Origin: Podospora anserina
Taxonomy: Eukaryota
DNA length: 64,000 nucleotides
NCBI GenBank assembly: GCA_017654855.1
Contig: CM030336.1
Span: forward strand, 2,108,001-2,172,000
Reading direction: 5' to 3'
The position numbers and the translations under genes were made by a program. Below the pieces are notes generated by a model. That model did no database searches and was not told the origin of the DNA. It was given only the letters and a program-made list of their open reading frames with translations. This document shows positions 1 to 12,505 of the stretch, piece by piece. Numbering within the stretch: the stretch's first letter is position 1; each line of letters begins with the position of its first letter.

Positions 1-227
1 AGCAATAATGAGGCCACGAGACACTGGAAAGATGAGTACGGGAAATACCGGGCTGGCAACAGTATGACGGATACACAAGCCCGGAAGTGAATGATTGATT
101 CCGCTGTGCAATGTCCTACTTGAACTATCTTTCTTGGAGCAAAGCCAATAAAAATGTCATCTTCTCTGCCCTCTGTCCCTTCATAAGCCTTACTACAATC
201 AAGCACCATCCCACCCTGGTATGGAAC

Positions 228-1466
228 TCAGGATTCGTTGGTCGGGGGATCTAGGGTCAGGATAATCTATTTGATTAGCCAGTTTGCAATGCCCAAGCCG
301 TTGTGTTCCAGCATGAGCAGATGACCATTGCCATAGAGCCCAAAGTCTTCAGGGAACTTGAGGTGCGAGACAGGCATGCCAGCCTGACGAAGAAAAGCAA
401 CGGTGGCATAGTCATATTCAGTATGGAAACTTGAACCAGCTGTGACCACGCATTGTGGAATATCTTTGAGGTTTGGTAACTTGCGAACTGGGCCGTTTGC
501 TTCGCCCTGGAGGTAGCACTCGGTTCTCGTGAGTGAGTCTACCGACCTGACAAATGGTATCGGCTGGAATCTTTCATGTTTGGGAACTTCATCGATATAT
601 GCAACGTCCTGAAGAAGCTCTTCAAAGCTACTGGGAAAGAGAGGCGGAGGGACAAAGCCCATAGGGATGTCGGATAGCCCGTATGGTCGAATGCATGGGA
701 AGGGGAGGCTCTGGGGAACCGGAAAACGCGGCTTGAATATTTGCTTTCCACCATCGTTAACCCATCCATTGGTGAATGGTGGACCGGTTGGCTCGATAGC
801 AACTATGGTAGCAACCAGATGAGGTGCCTGATCAGCTGCTAGCCATGAGATTGTTGCACCGCTCCCATGACCAACTAGGATTGCCGGGCTTGGAAATTTC
901 TCCAAGAAACGCATCAGGGACCGGACGCCACTCTATTGCTGCTCCTGTGGGTCAAGATACTCCGGTACCATACGCGCGTAGGTCCTTTCAAATATCGGTC
1001 TCCTGGTTCGCCAGTCTGTGAGCATATTGTTGGTCAGCTTTGATGGACCGGTATTGGGCTCCCTGGGACCTGAGAAGATACATACCCCGTCCACCATGCA
1101 GTGGGACTGTACAGACGGCCAATATACTTCGTGTGATTGGCTCCGGGGAGCTGTGTAGTATCTCTGAAGCTCGTCTTTAGACAGGGTTTTGGTGACGCAT
1201 CCAAAAGATTCATGGCCAGCTGGTTGCTCTGGGTGGCCGCAGCCATGGAAAGGGCGATAGAGTACAAAAGTGAAAAATCCGGCCGCGCAGAAGTGGAAGG
1301 CCCATCCAGGCTCGCCATCAGCTTTCCACCCCCAAATGTCTCCAGTTCTGTGATCACCGTGCACGAACACAACTGGATTGTAGTATTTGACTGCTTGCGG
1401 GGGGAATATCACAGCTCCAATCTTTTCTGCGCGTGTGGAATCGGCTTCCAAGGTCGATACTCCCAT
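228..1466 (-). pseudogene. Alpha/beta-hydrolase family gene with in-frame TAGs (933-935, 267-269) and an apparent 1-nt frameshift near 997; pseudogene or editing-dependent gene
   Basis: Motifs PVVFVHG, W..KADGEPGWA..F, LVGHGSGA, AIEPTGPPF, GNGHLLMLE. GT-AG intron 1085-1016. ORFs 933..1466 and 267..914 share a frame across a TAG. The next in-frame stop after 267 is TGA at 228-230. Confidence 0.7.
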
Positions 1467-2794
1467 TGTAAAGTATCAGTGATTGCTACTCAAAGAAGCG
1501 AGGTATGAAGATGCGAGATTGTGCGTCAACATTCGAAGAATGAGAATAAAAGTTACTTAACAGCTTAGCCACGACTGAGCTCTCTATTTGAAGTTGGAGA
1601 AATGACGTTCCAGGAAGTTAAGTTGGCAGGAACAAAGGCACGAGTGGCAGATACTGGGCCAGGAGCAACTGAGCGTCTCCCGCCTTCACACAATGAAACC
1701 TGGAATCCTGACAATTTATTAAAACATAACACTCCTGTGCCTTTCTTTGGAATTGACAACAAATTAATAATCATCCAACGGCTGTTTCTCCGAGTCTGAA
1801 GCCAGTGGGCTGACCATTTGAAAACCCATTCAACAATCCTCTAGGTACCTATCTACTTAGGCAAGGTCGGAGTGCACAAGCAGCCCGTCATTGATTTCGT
1901 TGGTCCCAATAGACTGGTTTGATATGCCCATTGTTCAGGGGACTCCAAATGAGCCGCATGTTCTAACTATGCTAGTATCATTGCCAGTCTCCAGTAGCCA
2001 AACCAATACCCCCACCCCATTTGAAGCTTTTGACATCAAAATTGACAACCACCCCAGAATGATCTGGAAATATCAACAGCCAAGCCCCCAACGTACCAGG
2101 GCAGAGCGCGCATCACACCATCCCCATCTCCACATCGACTGTCGACATGGTTGGGTACCCCAGACTCTGCCACGTTTTCCAAGACTGTTTAGCCCTGCCG
2201 AGAACATGCACCGAACCCACCCCTGTTGTGGACAGAAAGGTACCACTCACAACTTCATCTTGCTCTCTCAAGGCGCCCGACCGACATCGAAACAACAGGT
2301 AGGTGTGGAGACATGGTCGATATGTCCCTGAATAGAGATACTTAGTAGGTTCTTCAATGGCTCAAGATGCATAACAAAGCACCTCAGCAATCCCTATCTT
2401 TTTGTTCACGATGTGACCCCCGAAGGTGTGCTACGCCGCAAACCGGCAACCGGCTGCCGGGGTTAGGTCCCGCACCACCACCCGAGCCTCCCGATAGGCT
2501 CGGCTTGACCTACCGAGATTGGCGGCCGAAACTGATACACCCCATGCTAACATCGTGGGAAAATCCACTGTTTGGTCCCCTAATTTGGTAAAGACCTTCC
2601 CCTATCTTGGGGGTCGGCTCCACGAGAGGTGACACTGGAGTGGCATACATAATGCGTGCCATTCCCGGTTCACCATGTCGAGGCAGGCTGGAGATAGTCC
2701 TTCCGTCTGTACACCACCCACACTCCTTTGAAACAGCTTTGCCCATTCACAGTCACTCCTTTATCTATTTTTCTCTCAGTTTTTGGTTGTAAAC

Positions 2795-4854
2795 ATGTGG
2801 TTCCTGCGCAACGACGTCGTCGCAGCCGTGCTGCTCTTGGCGCCCTTTTCGTTGGCTGCCCCTACCGAGTATAGCAAGAAGCTGCCTCAGTTCGCTACCA
2901 TCATCAACCGTCGCCAGCTTAATGCCAACAACGCTACCTATGATTTCATCATCGCGGGTGGCGGTATTGCTGGCCTGACCCTTGCCGACCGCCTGACTGA
3001 GGACCCGAATGGTGTGTTGTCCGGACTTCTGTCTTGTCTCGCTATGGTCTTCTAACATCACCTTTACAGTCAAGGTCCTCGTCATTGAGGCTGGGCCCAT
3101 CGACCCCGGTCTTGAGGGTATCCAGGTGCCTGGCTCATTCTCGCCTTGGTATTATTTCTGGCCGAATCTCTTGACCGTCCCTCAGACAGCTCTGAACAAC
3201 AGAGTGATCGGGACAGTCAGCGGTCAGGTCCTTGGTGGTGGAAGTGCGATCAATGCCATGGTCTATGTGAGAGGTGACGCAGACGATTACGACGCCTGGG
3301 GTTTCATGCAGCGCCGTGGCAACTCTTCGTTTTACGGCAACTCTTCAGTGAGCTCGAGCATGAGCTGGAACACTATGCTGCCTTACTTCCTGAAGAGCGA
3401 GAACTTCACAGCACCCGATGCTGCTTATGCTCTGGAGGCCAACATCACCTGGAACCCCGCTGTTCGAGGTACCTCGGGCCCTCTCAAGTACACCTACCCT
3501 CCTTACTATTTCCCCGGCGCCGCCAACTGGTGGAATGCCGCGCAGTCGGTGGGACTTCCTCCCGTCGATGACCCTCTGTCTGGAATCAAGAATGGTAAGT
3601 CCGTTCAGCTGTTGTCTGGGTGCAAAACATACCCAAAAGTGAACTAACGCCGTCTTCCCAGGTATTTTCCCCATTCCGTCAGTACTCGATGCAGATACCA
3701 TGACCAGGAATTACGCCAAGATCAACCACCATGACAGGGTCAAGCAAGCCCGTCCTAACTACCACGTCCTCGCTGGCAACATTGTCGGCAAGGTCCTTTT
3801 CGATCCTAGCTGCAAGAAGGCCATCGGCGTGGAGTATCTCCCGACCAGCGGCGGGGCGGCCACCAACGTCTTTGCCTCCAAGGAAGTCATCCTTGCTGCC
3901 GGCGGCATCAACACCCCCAAGATCTTACAGCTTTCTGGCATCGGCCCCAAGAAGCTCCTCGACAAGTTCGGCATCAAGGTGGTCTCCAACCTGCCCGGTG
4001 TAGGCCAGAATCTCCAGGATCAGCCCACTCTCACCGTCCCTTACACCTTTACAAACAACCTCACCCCCAACTCGGGTTCTCTTATGGCCAATGCCACCTA
4101 CAATGCCGAGCAGCGTGCTCTTTACGATACTGAGCGCAAGGGTGCATACACCATCATCAGCTCTCTCTCCACCAACATCGGCCAACTCTCCCTCAAGCAG
4201 GCCACCTCCGACTACCAGGCCATCATCGCCGCCGCCCGCGCCGCCAACCCTGCCGACTCTCTGCCCGCTGATGTCGATGCTACCGTTCTTGCCGGCTACC
4301 GGGTCCAGCGCGAGGCCATCCTCAACCAGTTCGAGGGCGACGTCGGCGTTGGAAACCTTCACTGGGGCACCTCCGACAACGCGCTCGTCTACCATCTCAA
4401 GCCCCTCAGCCGCGGCACCGTCGAGATTGTCACCACCGACCCTCTCGTCAACCCCGCGATTGACCACCGCACAGCCACCGACCCTATCGACTTTGCCGTC
4501 TACACTGCCCTCTTCCGCAAGAACAGGGAGTTGTTTGCCGCCCCTGACATGCAGGTTCTCGGCCCTGCCGAGGGCGCCCCTTTTGCCGCTGCCACGACTA
4601 ACGAGGAGATCATCGAGGTCATGCGTGACCAGATCAACCCCTCGAATGCTCACCAGTGCTGCACTGCCGCTATGTTGCCCAAGTCCCTCGGCGGTGTTGT
4701 CAACAGCGAGCAGAAGGTTTACGGCGTCTCGCGTCTCAGAGTCGCTGACATTTCGTTCTGGCCCATGCAGACTGCTGGTTCTCCTCTGGGGACCATGTAT
4801 GCGGCCGGTGAGAGGCTTGCTGACATGATCAAGGCCGAGTATGGTCTTGCGTAA
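2795..4854 (+). CDS. Secreted GMC oxidoreductase (AA3-type, glucose-methanol-choline family), 3 exons
   Basis: Signal peptide MWFLRNDVVAAVLLLAPFSLAA; FAD motif YDFIIAGGGIAG; GQVLGGGSAINAMVY; LPGVGQNLQD; C-terminal AHQCCTAAM...LRVADISFWP. Introns near 3013-3069 and 3595-3661. Confidence 0.93.
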
Positions 4855-5362
4855 GTTGTCCTTGTGTAAAAGTAGTGGGAAGGGAGATTTTTTGTACATC
4901 AAGCTATAGAAATGAATAGATCGTAAACCAGCCCGTCGTTTTCCAACCCCGCCTTTCAGCAAACCTTGACACGGCAACTTTGCAACAGAGTACTCTCTAG
5001 GACATTCGCAAAGGTAACAAGAGCGTGTGAGGCTAGGATTCATTGCTGTTATCATATTGCTTAGGTGCGTACCAAATGCCTGCGGTTGTACAGTCTCCAT
5101 ACACCCCCCAAACGCCGTTAATGCCGCCGCCCACCACCGCCACCCCTGATCTGTGTAACATCTGTAATGCGTAGATGACTACTACCCCGCGAACACAGCC
5201 CAGCCCTCGCTCCGTTTGTGTCCACAAAGGTGTGTCTTGTTGAAATGCGAGGAAAGGCCAGAAGCTCGCATGGTCGGTTTGAATAACTGATCATGTACAA
5301 TAAATATGGAATCCAGTGAGCAGTGATTTCTAAGTTGGGGTTGTTGTCATAGCAGTGCTGTA

Positions 5363-6465
5363 TCACTCGCTGTGTTGCTCCACGGTGCGAATCAGCGAAT
5401 CCGAGGGCTTCACTCTCTGGGCCCATTCCCTGCGACGTCAAAGTTAGCAACACTAACCAATTAACGAATACACCTCGGGCAAGAAACTCACGTCCAGCTC
5501 CCGTCGTAGACCTTCCTTGTCTCTGGAGAGCCATACTGGGCCTCGTTGAGCGCCGTCTCGAGCACACATGCTGTCACTCCCGTGCCACAACTGGAGATGA
5601 TGGGTTTTGCCGGGTCAACGCCCTTTTCCTTGAAAACCTGCTTCAGCTTGTCTACAGGAAGGAAGGCCTTGGTCTGGGGATCCAAGACAGCGTCAAAGGG
5701 AATGTTGATGGAGCCGGGCATGTGTCCCGAAGAAAGCCCCGGTCTTGGCTCAGGGTCCTTGCCGGACCAACGGCCATATGATCTCGCATCCAGAATTTGG
5801 ACGCCCTCAGCGCCCTCCTTGTTGTAATCAAGAGCTACCTCACGCACATCCTCAAAGTGTGCCACTTTCGCTTCGTCCATTTCGGGGATGGGGTACGTGC
5901 CGCACTCGACAGTCCATACATTCCCCGACTCAGTTGGCAGACCCTGTTCTACCCATAACCTGAAGTTGTTCAAAATATGCACCCGTGGGTGGCCAAACGT
6001 CTTCAATGTCCAGCCGACTCGGGGCGCACTGAAGATTCCCAGCTCCTTGCTATCGTATACAACCACTGTGTCCTCGTGCCGGATGCCCAGCTCGCTCATG
6101 GCCGCAGCGAAGCCTTTTGGGGTTGGGAGCATGTGTGGGTATTCGCTGTGCTTGTCGATCACCTTGTCCAGATCAAAGAACCGGGCTTTTGGAATTCGCT
6201 TCTCTCGAAAGACGTCGATACCTGTCCGGCCTTCCGGGTCGTTTGGCAGAAACCACGAGGCACACAGAGGAATAACGCGGGGCTCGGACGAGATGGGCGA
6301 AGGAGGGGCCTTCTTGAGGGCTTCGGCAAGTTCTTGGGGAGTCACAAGATAGCTGGAAAAAGACCGGCGCACCCCCGCGGCTTTGGCAGCTGGCTGACGA
6401 AGCTGCTGCGAGCCAGATCGAGGCAGCGAAACCCGTAAAGGGCGAAGTATAAAGAGAGAAGCCAT
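5363..6465 (-). CDS. TUM1: 3-mercaptopyruvate/thiosulfate sulfurtransferase (tandem rhodanese), probable mitochondrial presequence
   Basis: PHMLPT, ILDARSYGRW, GHMPGSINIPF, active site SCGTGVTA, YDGSWT|EW. One intron near the C-terminus (about 5491-5430); last exon EWAQRVKPSDSLIRTVEQHSE*. Confidence 0.92.
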
Positions 6466-7070
6466 GGTGGCAGTGTCAATTGGTGCAGTCGCGGAGGATT
6501 GGTCTGGTTCTGGAGGGGGAGATTTGTGCTTGTAGTTGGAGATGTTTGAGCACGATAAGCGAGCGCCAAGCAGCTGCTTAAACACTCGAACGATGCCGGG
6601 CTTTTGGCTCGTTCCTGTTCCCGAGAACCTGCTAGGATTCCCTGCACCCGTAGCCGTGACGGGGCCCGGAGGGACGACTGGTTTCCAAGGACAGGCGTTG
6701 TCTTGGAGAAAGACAAGTGGGAGAGATGCGTGGTGACGACCCTAGGATTCTGTAGGTGCGGGGTCCAGGACTTGGTTCTTTGCCGTTGAAAGCTGCTTGG
6801 GGGGAAGAGGTGGTCGGGGATTTGGAGAGGGAAACTTTTGAAATTCCTGGGGAGGGTCGAGGAGCTTGGGCCACAGCAAGCGCCTAATTACGCCATGACG
6901 CACTAACACTTGGCTGCCGTTGCAGGGAGAACTGATAACGGCGGCGCCAGCACCTCTCCCGCTCTCAACATCGGATGAGAGACTCCATAGACACTCCAAC
7001 AGAGACTACCGACAAATAAAACGACCCTATAAGCCACCGGATTGTTAGACTCGCCGGAAATCTGCCAGCG

Positions 7071-7555
7071 ATGAAGGTCAAGATCAAGAGGTGGAACGCG
7101 GTCGCGACATGGCGATGGGATCTTCCCGAAGATGATCTTTGCGGTATCTGCCAGAACCCCTTTGACAACACATGCCCTGCCTGCAAATATCCCGGCGATG
7201 ACTGCATCCTTTGTGAGTTCCACACAGCCTGCGGCTATCAGCGGAATGGCGTTTGTTGACTTTCTGTGTAACCCAAAGTATCTGGAAAATGCGGACACAA
7301 CTTTCACATGGTGAGCAGATGGAGAAGCATTCCTGAATGGAGCCGGCGGTTGTACTGATATTGGCTTGCAGCACTGCATTCTGGAGTGGATGAAGCAAGA
7401 CTCAGCCAAGGGACAATGTCCGATGTGCCGACAGAGTAAGCTCGTGGGTTGCCCTTTCTTGCAGCAATTTGTCTAACATCATGGTAGGGTTTGAATGGGC
7501 CGACCAAACGAACCAGACGATGAGGGATGCAGCACAGGCTTTGGCCAGTGTGTAG
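7071..7555 (+). CDS. APC11: Anaphase-promoting complex RING-H2 subunit Apc11, 4 exons
   Basis: MKVKIKRWNAVATWRWD...CGICQNPFDNTCPACKYPGDDC; after splicing, GKCGHNFHMHCILEW...QCPMCRQ; stop TAG at 7553-7555. Confidence 0.93.
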
Positions 7556-8188
7556 GTTATCGACTTGTCGGTGCCATGCTAAGTTTTACCTTGGGGCATT
7601 TTGCATTGGGCGGCGTTTAAGAGGAAGTACTTCTGTATGGTTTTCATGCTTTCTTCCTCGCCGGTAACATGTACATATATTTACACCCATTTCGGGGTGA
7701 GGCTGATAAACTCCTATCATCCCAAGAATACACTGTTTTCAGCTGCCCCCAGACGAGGCGGGCGGGTGGGCCGTCCATCGCCCCGTTTTCAGCTCGTACC
7801 CTTGACTTAGCGTCACATGCTTGATCACCAGATAGGCGTGCGTCCAGGTCGGTAGATAAGATAAAGGGAATGCGGCGATCTCGTTGACAGCTCCAACTGC
7901 CTGCATTGCCATTGCTGCATAGGTCCAACCCGCAAAGCCAACCTTGGTTTTGTCACCCATCTGTCACCCAGGATTGACCAGTAGTGTTTTGTTTGCCTTT
8001 CTGTTGAATACTCCGCGTGATGGATTGAGGTTCTGCCTAGGCGTCTCAAGGCTGCCCATTTCCCCTAACCTGGTCTTCGCAAGCAATATGCCACACCGAA
8101 ACGCGCTTTCTCTATCTCTCTATCAATTCCCGCTCGCTGTTAGATTCCCATCTAGCCTACCAAGCCAGAACTATAGGCAAAATCAGTC

Positions 8189-9115
8189 ATGACCGGTCCC
8201 GCTTTCGAACGACCCAGCTCCGCTGCTGCAGGTTACCACGCCTCTTCCATCCCCCCGAGCCCGCGTCCGTCTGTCACTGGCAGGGCCAGCAGATCCAGTC
8301 TACGTCGCGACCGGGATAGCCATGATTCCGGCGCCTATCCACGGCCTGCGTCTGCAGCTCTCTCACATGGGACATCTCATGATGAACCCATGTACCGTCC
8401 GCCATCCTCCTCCTCTCCGCCACAACCGCAGCCTGCGCCCCAACCGACATTCTCCCCGCCCTTTGTGCTCCTCACTTCCACCTCGCATGCTTCGAGCAGG
8501 CAGACCATTCACCATCCGGCGGTTCGGTACATTTTTGCCGATGACGATCCAGAGATCTTGTCTGCCGAGCTGACGCAGTACCACTACACAAAACAAGACG
8601 GCAGCGAGGATAAAACTGGTCCCGGTCACCGTGCCGTCATCATAGATATGGATCAACGAGAGGGCGATATTGGGTTTGAAGTAGCCTGGGCAAGCAGCCT
8701 ATCGCCTGACTGGGCTGTCACATCAGCAAGCATGGCCAAGATGGACGGCGGCGGCGGGGGACTGGTATTAAAGGTAGAAGGTGTGAGCCTCGAGCCGCCC
8801 ATATCTTTGGCCGCTTCATCAACAACGGGAAAAATGCAGGCTTCTGAAGTTGGTGATATGCACTCTTCCGGTGCGAGCGGTGAAGGGCAGCAACGCCGTC
8901 CCCAGCCAAAACAAAGCCCATCATCGTCAGATGAATATGCAGCGTTGCTCCAGGACTTTGAGAAGCGGATGGCGGTTCTACGGAAGGTGGCTGAGGTGGG
9001 TGCAGAGAGACAGCGAATAATGCGGGAGCATGATCATGGTGACATGGCTCCTGAGGTCTCAGCGGGCCATCAATTTGCTCCTACAGTTGAGGGCTCAGAC
9101 CGCTTGCAAGATTGA
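8189..9115 (+). CDS. Hypothetical protein, S/P-rich, with a folded core (HHPAVRYIFADDDPE; WASSLSPDWAV) and a C-terminal helix
   Basis: Single 308-aa ORF with coding-like composition; no function recognised. Confidence 0.8.
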   Translation: MTGPAFERPSSAAAGYHASSIPPSPRPSVTGRASRSSLRRDRDSHDSGAYPRPASAALSHGTSHDEPMYRPPSSSSPPQPQPAPQPTFSPPFVLLTSTSHASSRQTIHHPAVRYIFADDDPEILSAELTQYHYTKQDGSEDKTGPGHRAVIIDMDQREGDIGFEVAWASSLSPDWAVTSASMAKMDGGGGGLVLKVEGVSLEPPISLAASSTTGKMQASEVGDMHSSGASGEGQQRRPQPKQSPSSSDEYAALLQDFEKRMAVLRKVAEVGAERQRIMREHDHGDMAPEVSAGHQFAPTVEGSDRLQD

Positions 9116-9641
9116 GACGAGAGAGATACGAGCGTTTGTAGCTACTGGCTTTTCTGGAGCTGTTATATGGCTTAGGCTCGTCATCAGTTTGAAATGGCAT
9201 AGCCATTTGCCAGTCATCATCAGAATTGGCGTATGGGGGCCGTTCGGCATTATTTTATATGGGCGGATTAATAGTCCGGTAATCAATACGAAAAAAAGTG
9301 TATTAAACCCCTTTGCTATGCTATGACAAAGCATTGGCTTCAAAAGCTATCGTGACCAATGCCATTTTACCTTGGTATCCCATAACGACACAGACTGTGT
9401 TAACGACCTATACTCCTCCCTGGAAACAAAACAAATGTATACAGAATCAAGGACAATCCATGCCCCTGGTTTATAACGAGAACCCACCCGGTACCGATTA
9501 CGACATGCAAATGACAAGCCAACAAGCTTTCCGGGCGCCTCGGCGCAGCTCATCACCAACACAAACATGGATGCGTTGGGTTGAGGACTTGTTAGCAAGT
9601 CATCTTCCTATTATTTATGAATTGAGGGCTTGAGAACCCTT

Positions 9642-11155
9642 TCAAGAGCCATCAGATCCCACATCCCACTCAACAACAAATCGCTTGTGCATGGGTTGAT
9701 CTGGCACTCTGTTTAGCCGCCTCCTCGAGATCTGCGAGAGTTGACCGCTTGGCTCGCCAGCGAGTTTGACGGCACGAGCATCGTTCATATGAAGATCATC
9801 GAAAACGTTTCGTTCAAAGATGCTCCGTTTCTGTTCGGCAGCCGGAGTAGGGGCAGGAGTAGGGGCAGGGGCAGGGGCGGCGGCCGGAGCGGCCGGAGCT
9901 GGGGCTGTCTGTCTTGTTATCATCACATAGGCCACGACAGCCACAACGATAATGACAATAATGGCGACTAGTCACTCTTGTCAGCACCAAACTTTCACCA
10001 AGGGGGCATGTTTTTCAGGGGTGGCAACGTACCGCAGATGCCGAGGCAAATCCACTTCTTCTTGCGCGTTTTCCTGGCGGTTGTTACGGCCACCACGAGC
10101 TCGTCATTCGCCTTGACCATATCCTCTGCGGCCTGCTCGGCGTGCTGGTCGATCTGCATGACGACCGCTTCTTGCTTCACCAGCAACTCTTGCATCTCCT
10201 CCATGAGCTCCACAAGCTCGTTCAACCTCTTCTCCACTTCCAGCATCTCCTGGTGGCGCTGCCGCACTGCTGCCAGGACAGAGCTCGCCTGACCGGAGCG
10301 GTTGCTTTGCATAAGTGCCTGCGAGAAGACGGCGGGCTCGCTGTCCACCATCCGGCGCATGTCAGCGTCGCTGATGTCGCCCTTCACGATGCGGATTTGA
10401 CGTTCTGTCTGATCTCGTATCCTCTTCCTGTTCTCGCCCTCCAGCGACTGGAATTTTTGAATGGCAGCCTGAACCTGTCGCTCGACCAGCCCGACCTGCC
10501 TGTTGTTGCCCCCTAGCTGGTGGTCGTCGGTCTTGACGTCCCGAACACGGTCCTTCAGCGCCCTGAACCGGTCCATGATGTTTGCCGTTAGAGTATCGAT
10601 TTCATCTCGGACGGCCCCTTGGTTTGTCGCACCCGATAGCTTTACCTGGAGATTGGAAAACTTGTCTAGAAGGGCTTCGAGGCTGCGAACATCGTTGCTG
10701 ATTTCGGAACATTTTTGGAGGATCGAACTCTGGGTTGGTCTAGAGGAGGATGTGGGGAGCGAGTTCATCTCGACATTGGCTATCGCGCCTTTGGGGTTAG
10801 AAAATCAACTTGTCCAGCAAAGGTCGTAGCTGCTCAGAACTCACCCGCATTACGGTCGTCGAAAGGATTGCTGTAGCCGCTGGGGCTATTTCCTCCACCA
10901 TATCCGCCCTGGCCGTAGCCGCCGCCGCCACCACCTTGATTATAGGGGTTGCTGTTTGGGTTGTACCCTGCGTACTGAAAACAAGCAGTTTGGTCAGCAA
11001 TCTGTCTCAACAGCAGTAAGGAACTGCAAAGAATGTTTCAGGGGCACTGTGCTTGGCATACTCGACCACGAGGGCGTATGAGACATGGAGAGTTCTAGAG
11101 CATCGGTTCCCAAGTTCATAAATGGCAAAAAGTGACAGCATATACTCACACTCAT
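9642..11155 (-). CDS. SSO1: Plasma-membrane Qa-SNARE syntaxin (Sso1/Sso2-like), multi-exon
   Basis: Habc helices, SNARE motif RHQEMLEVEKRLNELVELMEEM, ARKTRKKKWICLGIC plus a TM segment after an intron (about 10031-9968); 2-codon first exon ATG AGT|gtgagt at 11155. Confidence 0.88.
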
Positions 11156-12505
11156 GTTGTTTGTTGTGGGAGCGCGAAGAGCCTGCTCGCAAGGGCTATG
11201 GGGAAAGTGGAGGGGGAGGGGAGCGCGGTGGGAGGCGCTCGGTACCCTATTCGCGAGTGTAATGAGGTTGGGTGTGGTGTGGTGTTGACGGTGGTAGTAG
11301 TCTATGTAGGATGATATTGCTGGCACAAAAGAAACCACGCTGGAGGAGAGGGTATCGAGATCGCGAAAATGAACAGGGAAAACACAAGCGCCAAAAATTG
11401 AAAAGAAGTTCAAACAGGGGACAAAAAACGGCGGTGGGCACGGCTGTGTTAATGAATGGTAGCTTTTTCAGGCGAAGGCCATCAGACACAAGAGGAATCT
11501 CAGGAGGTCGGCCCAAACGAGGTTAGCGGGTTTGTGGCGCGGTCTCACGTTTGCTCGCAGAACAGCCGCTCGCTCGCGTCGGGATCATGAACCCCTGCTC
11601 TGGAACTGTTAAAGGTTGCAGTGGATCCTACACCGAGTACCTACCTTTGCCATGTTCCTTTCTCGCAACGGCAATTGTATGAATATGCATGGGATGATTG
11701 GTGGAATAGGCTGTATGTAATAACCAGCACCAGATGTCCCGGACGGCCATTCCCCAGGTCAAGGTCTGAATCGAGTGCGAATCACGGTCAACGACTGGGT
11801 CTCGATTCTCGAGGGGATCACCGGTGAAGTGGGTCGCTGATTTGAAGCGCTTGGCTGGTTACGAAGAGCCGTCTTGGCAAGAAGCAGCTTAAATCCAACG
11901 CAGGCCGGGGCAGGCTCGGCAGCAAAAACTGTTTCAGAACGGCGATCGTCAGGCACGTTCAATCGTCAAACAGACATCGGCCCCGTGCTCAGTATGAAAG
12001 CGACGACAATGTCACTGTCTTGTCATGGCTCTTTTTGCTGTCCAACCCCTCCAACGAAGCCGGCATCATTCCTTTGATGCTTATCCCAACAGAGCACGCT
12101 TCCCGAACCCAACTATAAACACCTGCATGCTGCACGACTCAGCCCCAACTATGGCGTGGGCGGCTCAGTGCCGTTACCCCACCGCGGGGAAAGGAATGGG
12201 GAGTGTACAGCACAAGGCCCTCTTGAGGACCGCCGCTTGGGCTCGGGGCCTGGTGTGCGGAAAACAGTCAAGACATCGTGGCCAGGGCGGCCGAGTTTGG
12301 GCCTCTTCCATCGGCACCTTTTCGGGTTGCTGCAACATCACAAGCATCTTCTGGCGTACAGACCGAACCTCGATTTACGAAACATGCCTCTGTCAGTAGC
12401 TGCAAACATCTAGCTGATTAAACCACCAAACTACTTCCCGCCGCTCTGTAAAGCACTCCAAACCATGCCCAGCCAAGAACCGGTGCCCCCTTTCTCAACG
12501 TCAAG

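Noticed and set aside
1891-2331. 146-aa ORF between the hydrolase and GMC genes
   Set aside because: TTG start, no motifs, lies in a divergent promoter region.
3925-5100. 391-aa minus-strand ORF (and the 245-aa + ORF at 4091-4828)
   Set aside because: Shadow frames of the strongly codon-biased GMC oxidoreductase; no recognisable domains.
9841-9905. Short tandem repeats (ggagtaggggca, gccggagcg)
   Set aside because: They encode the PA/PT linker of the syntaxin tail; not an independent repeat array.
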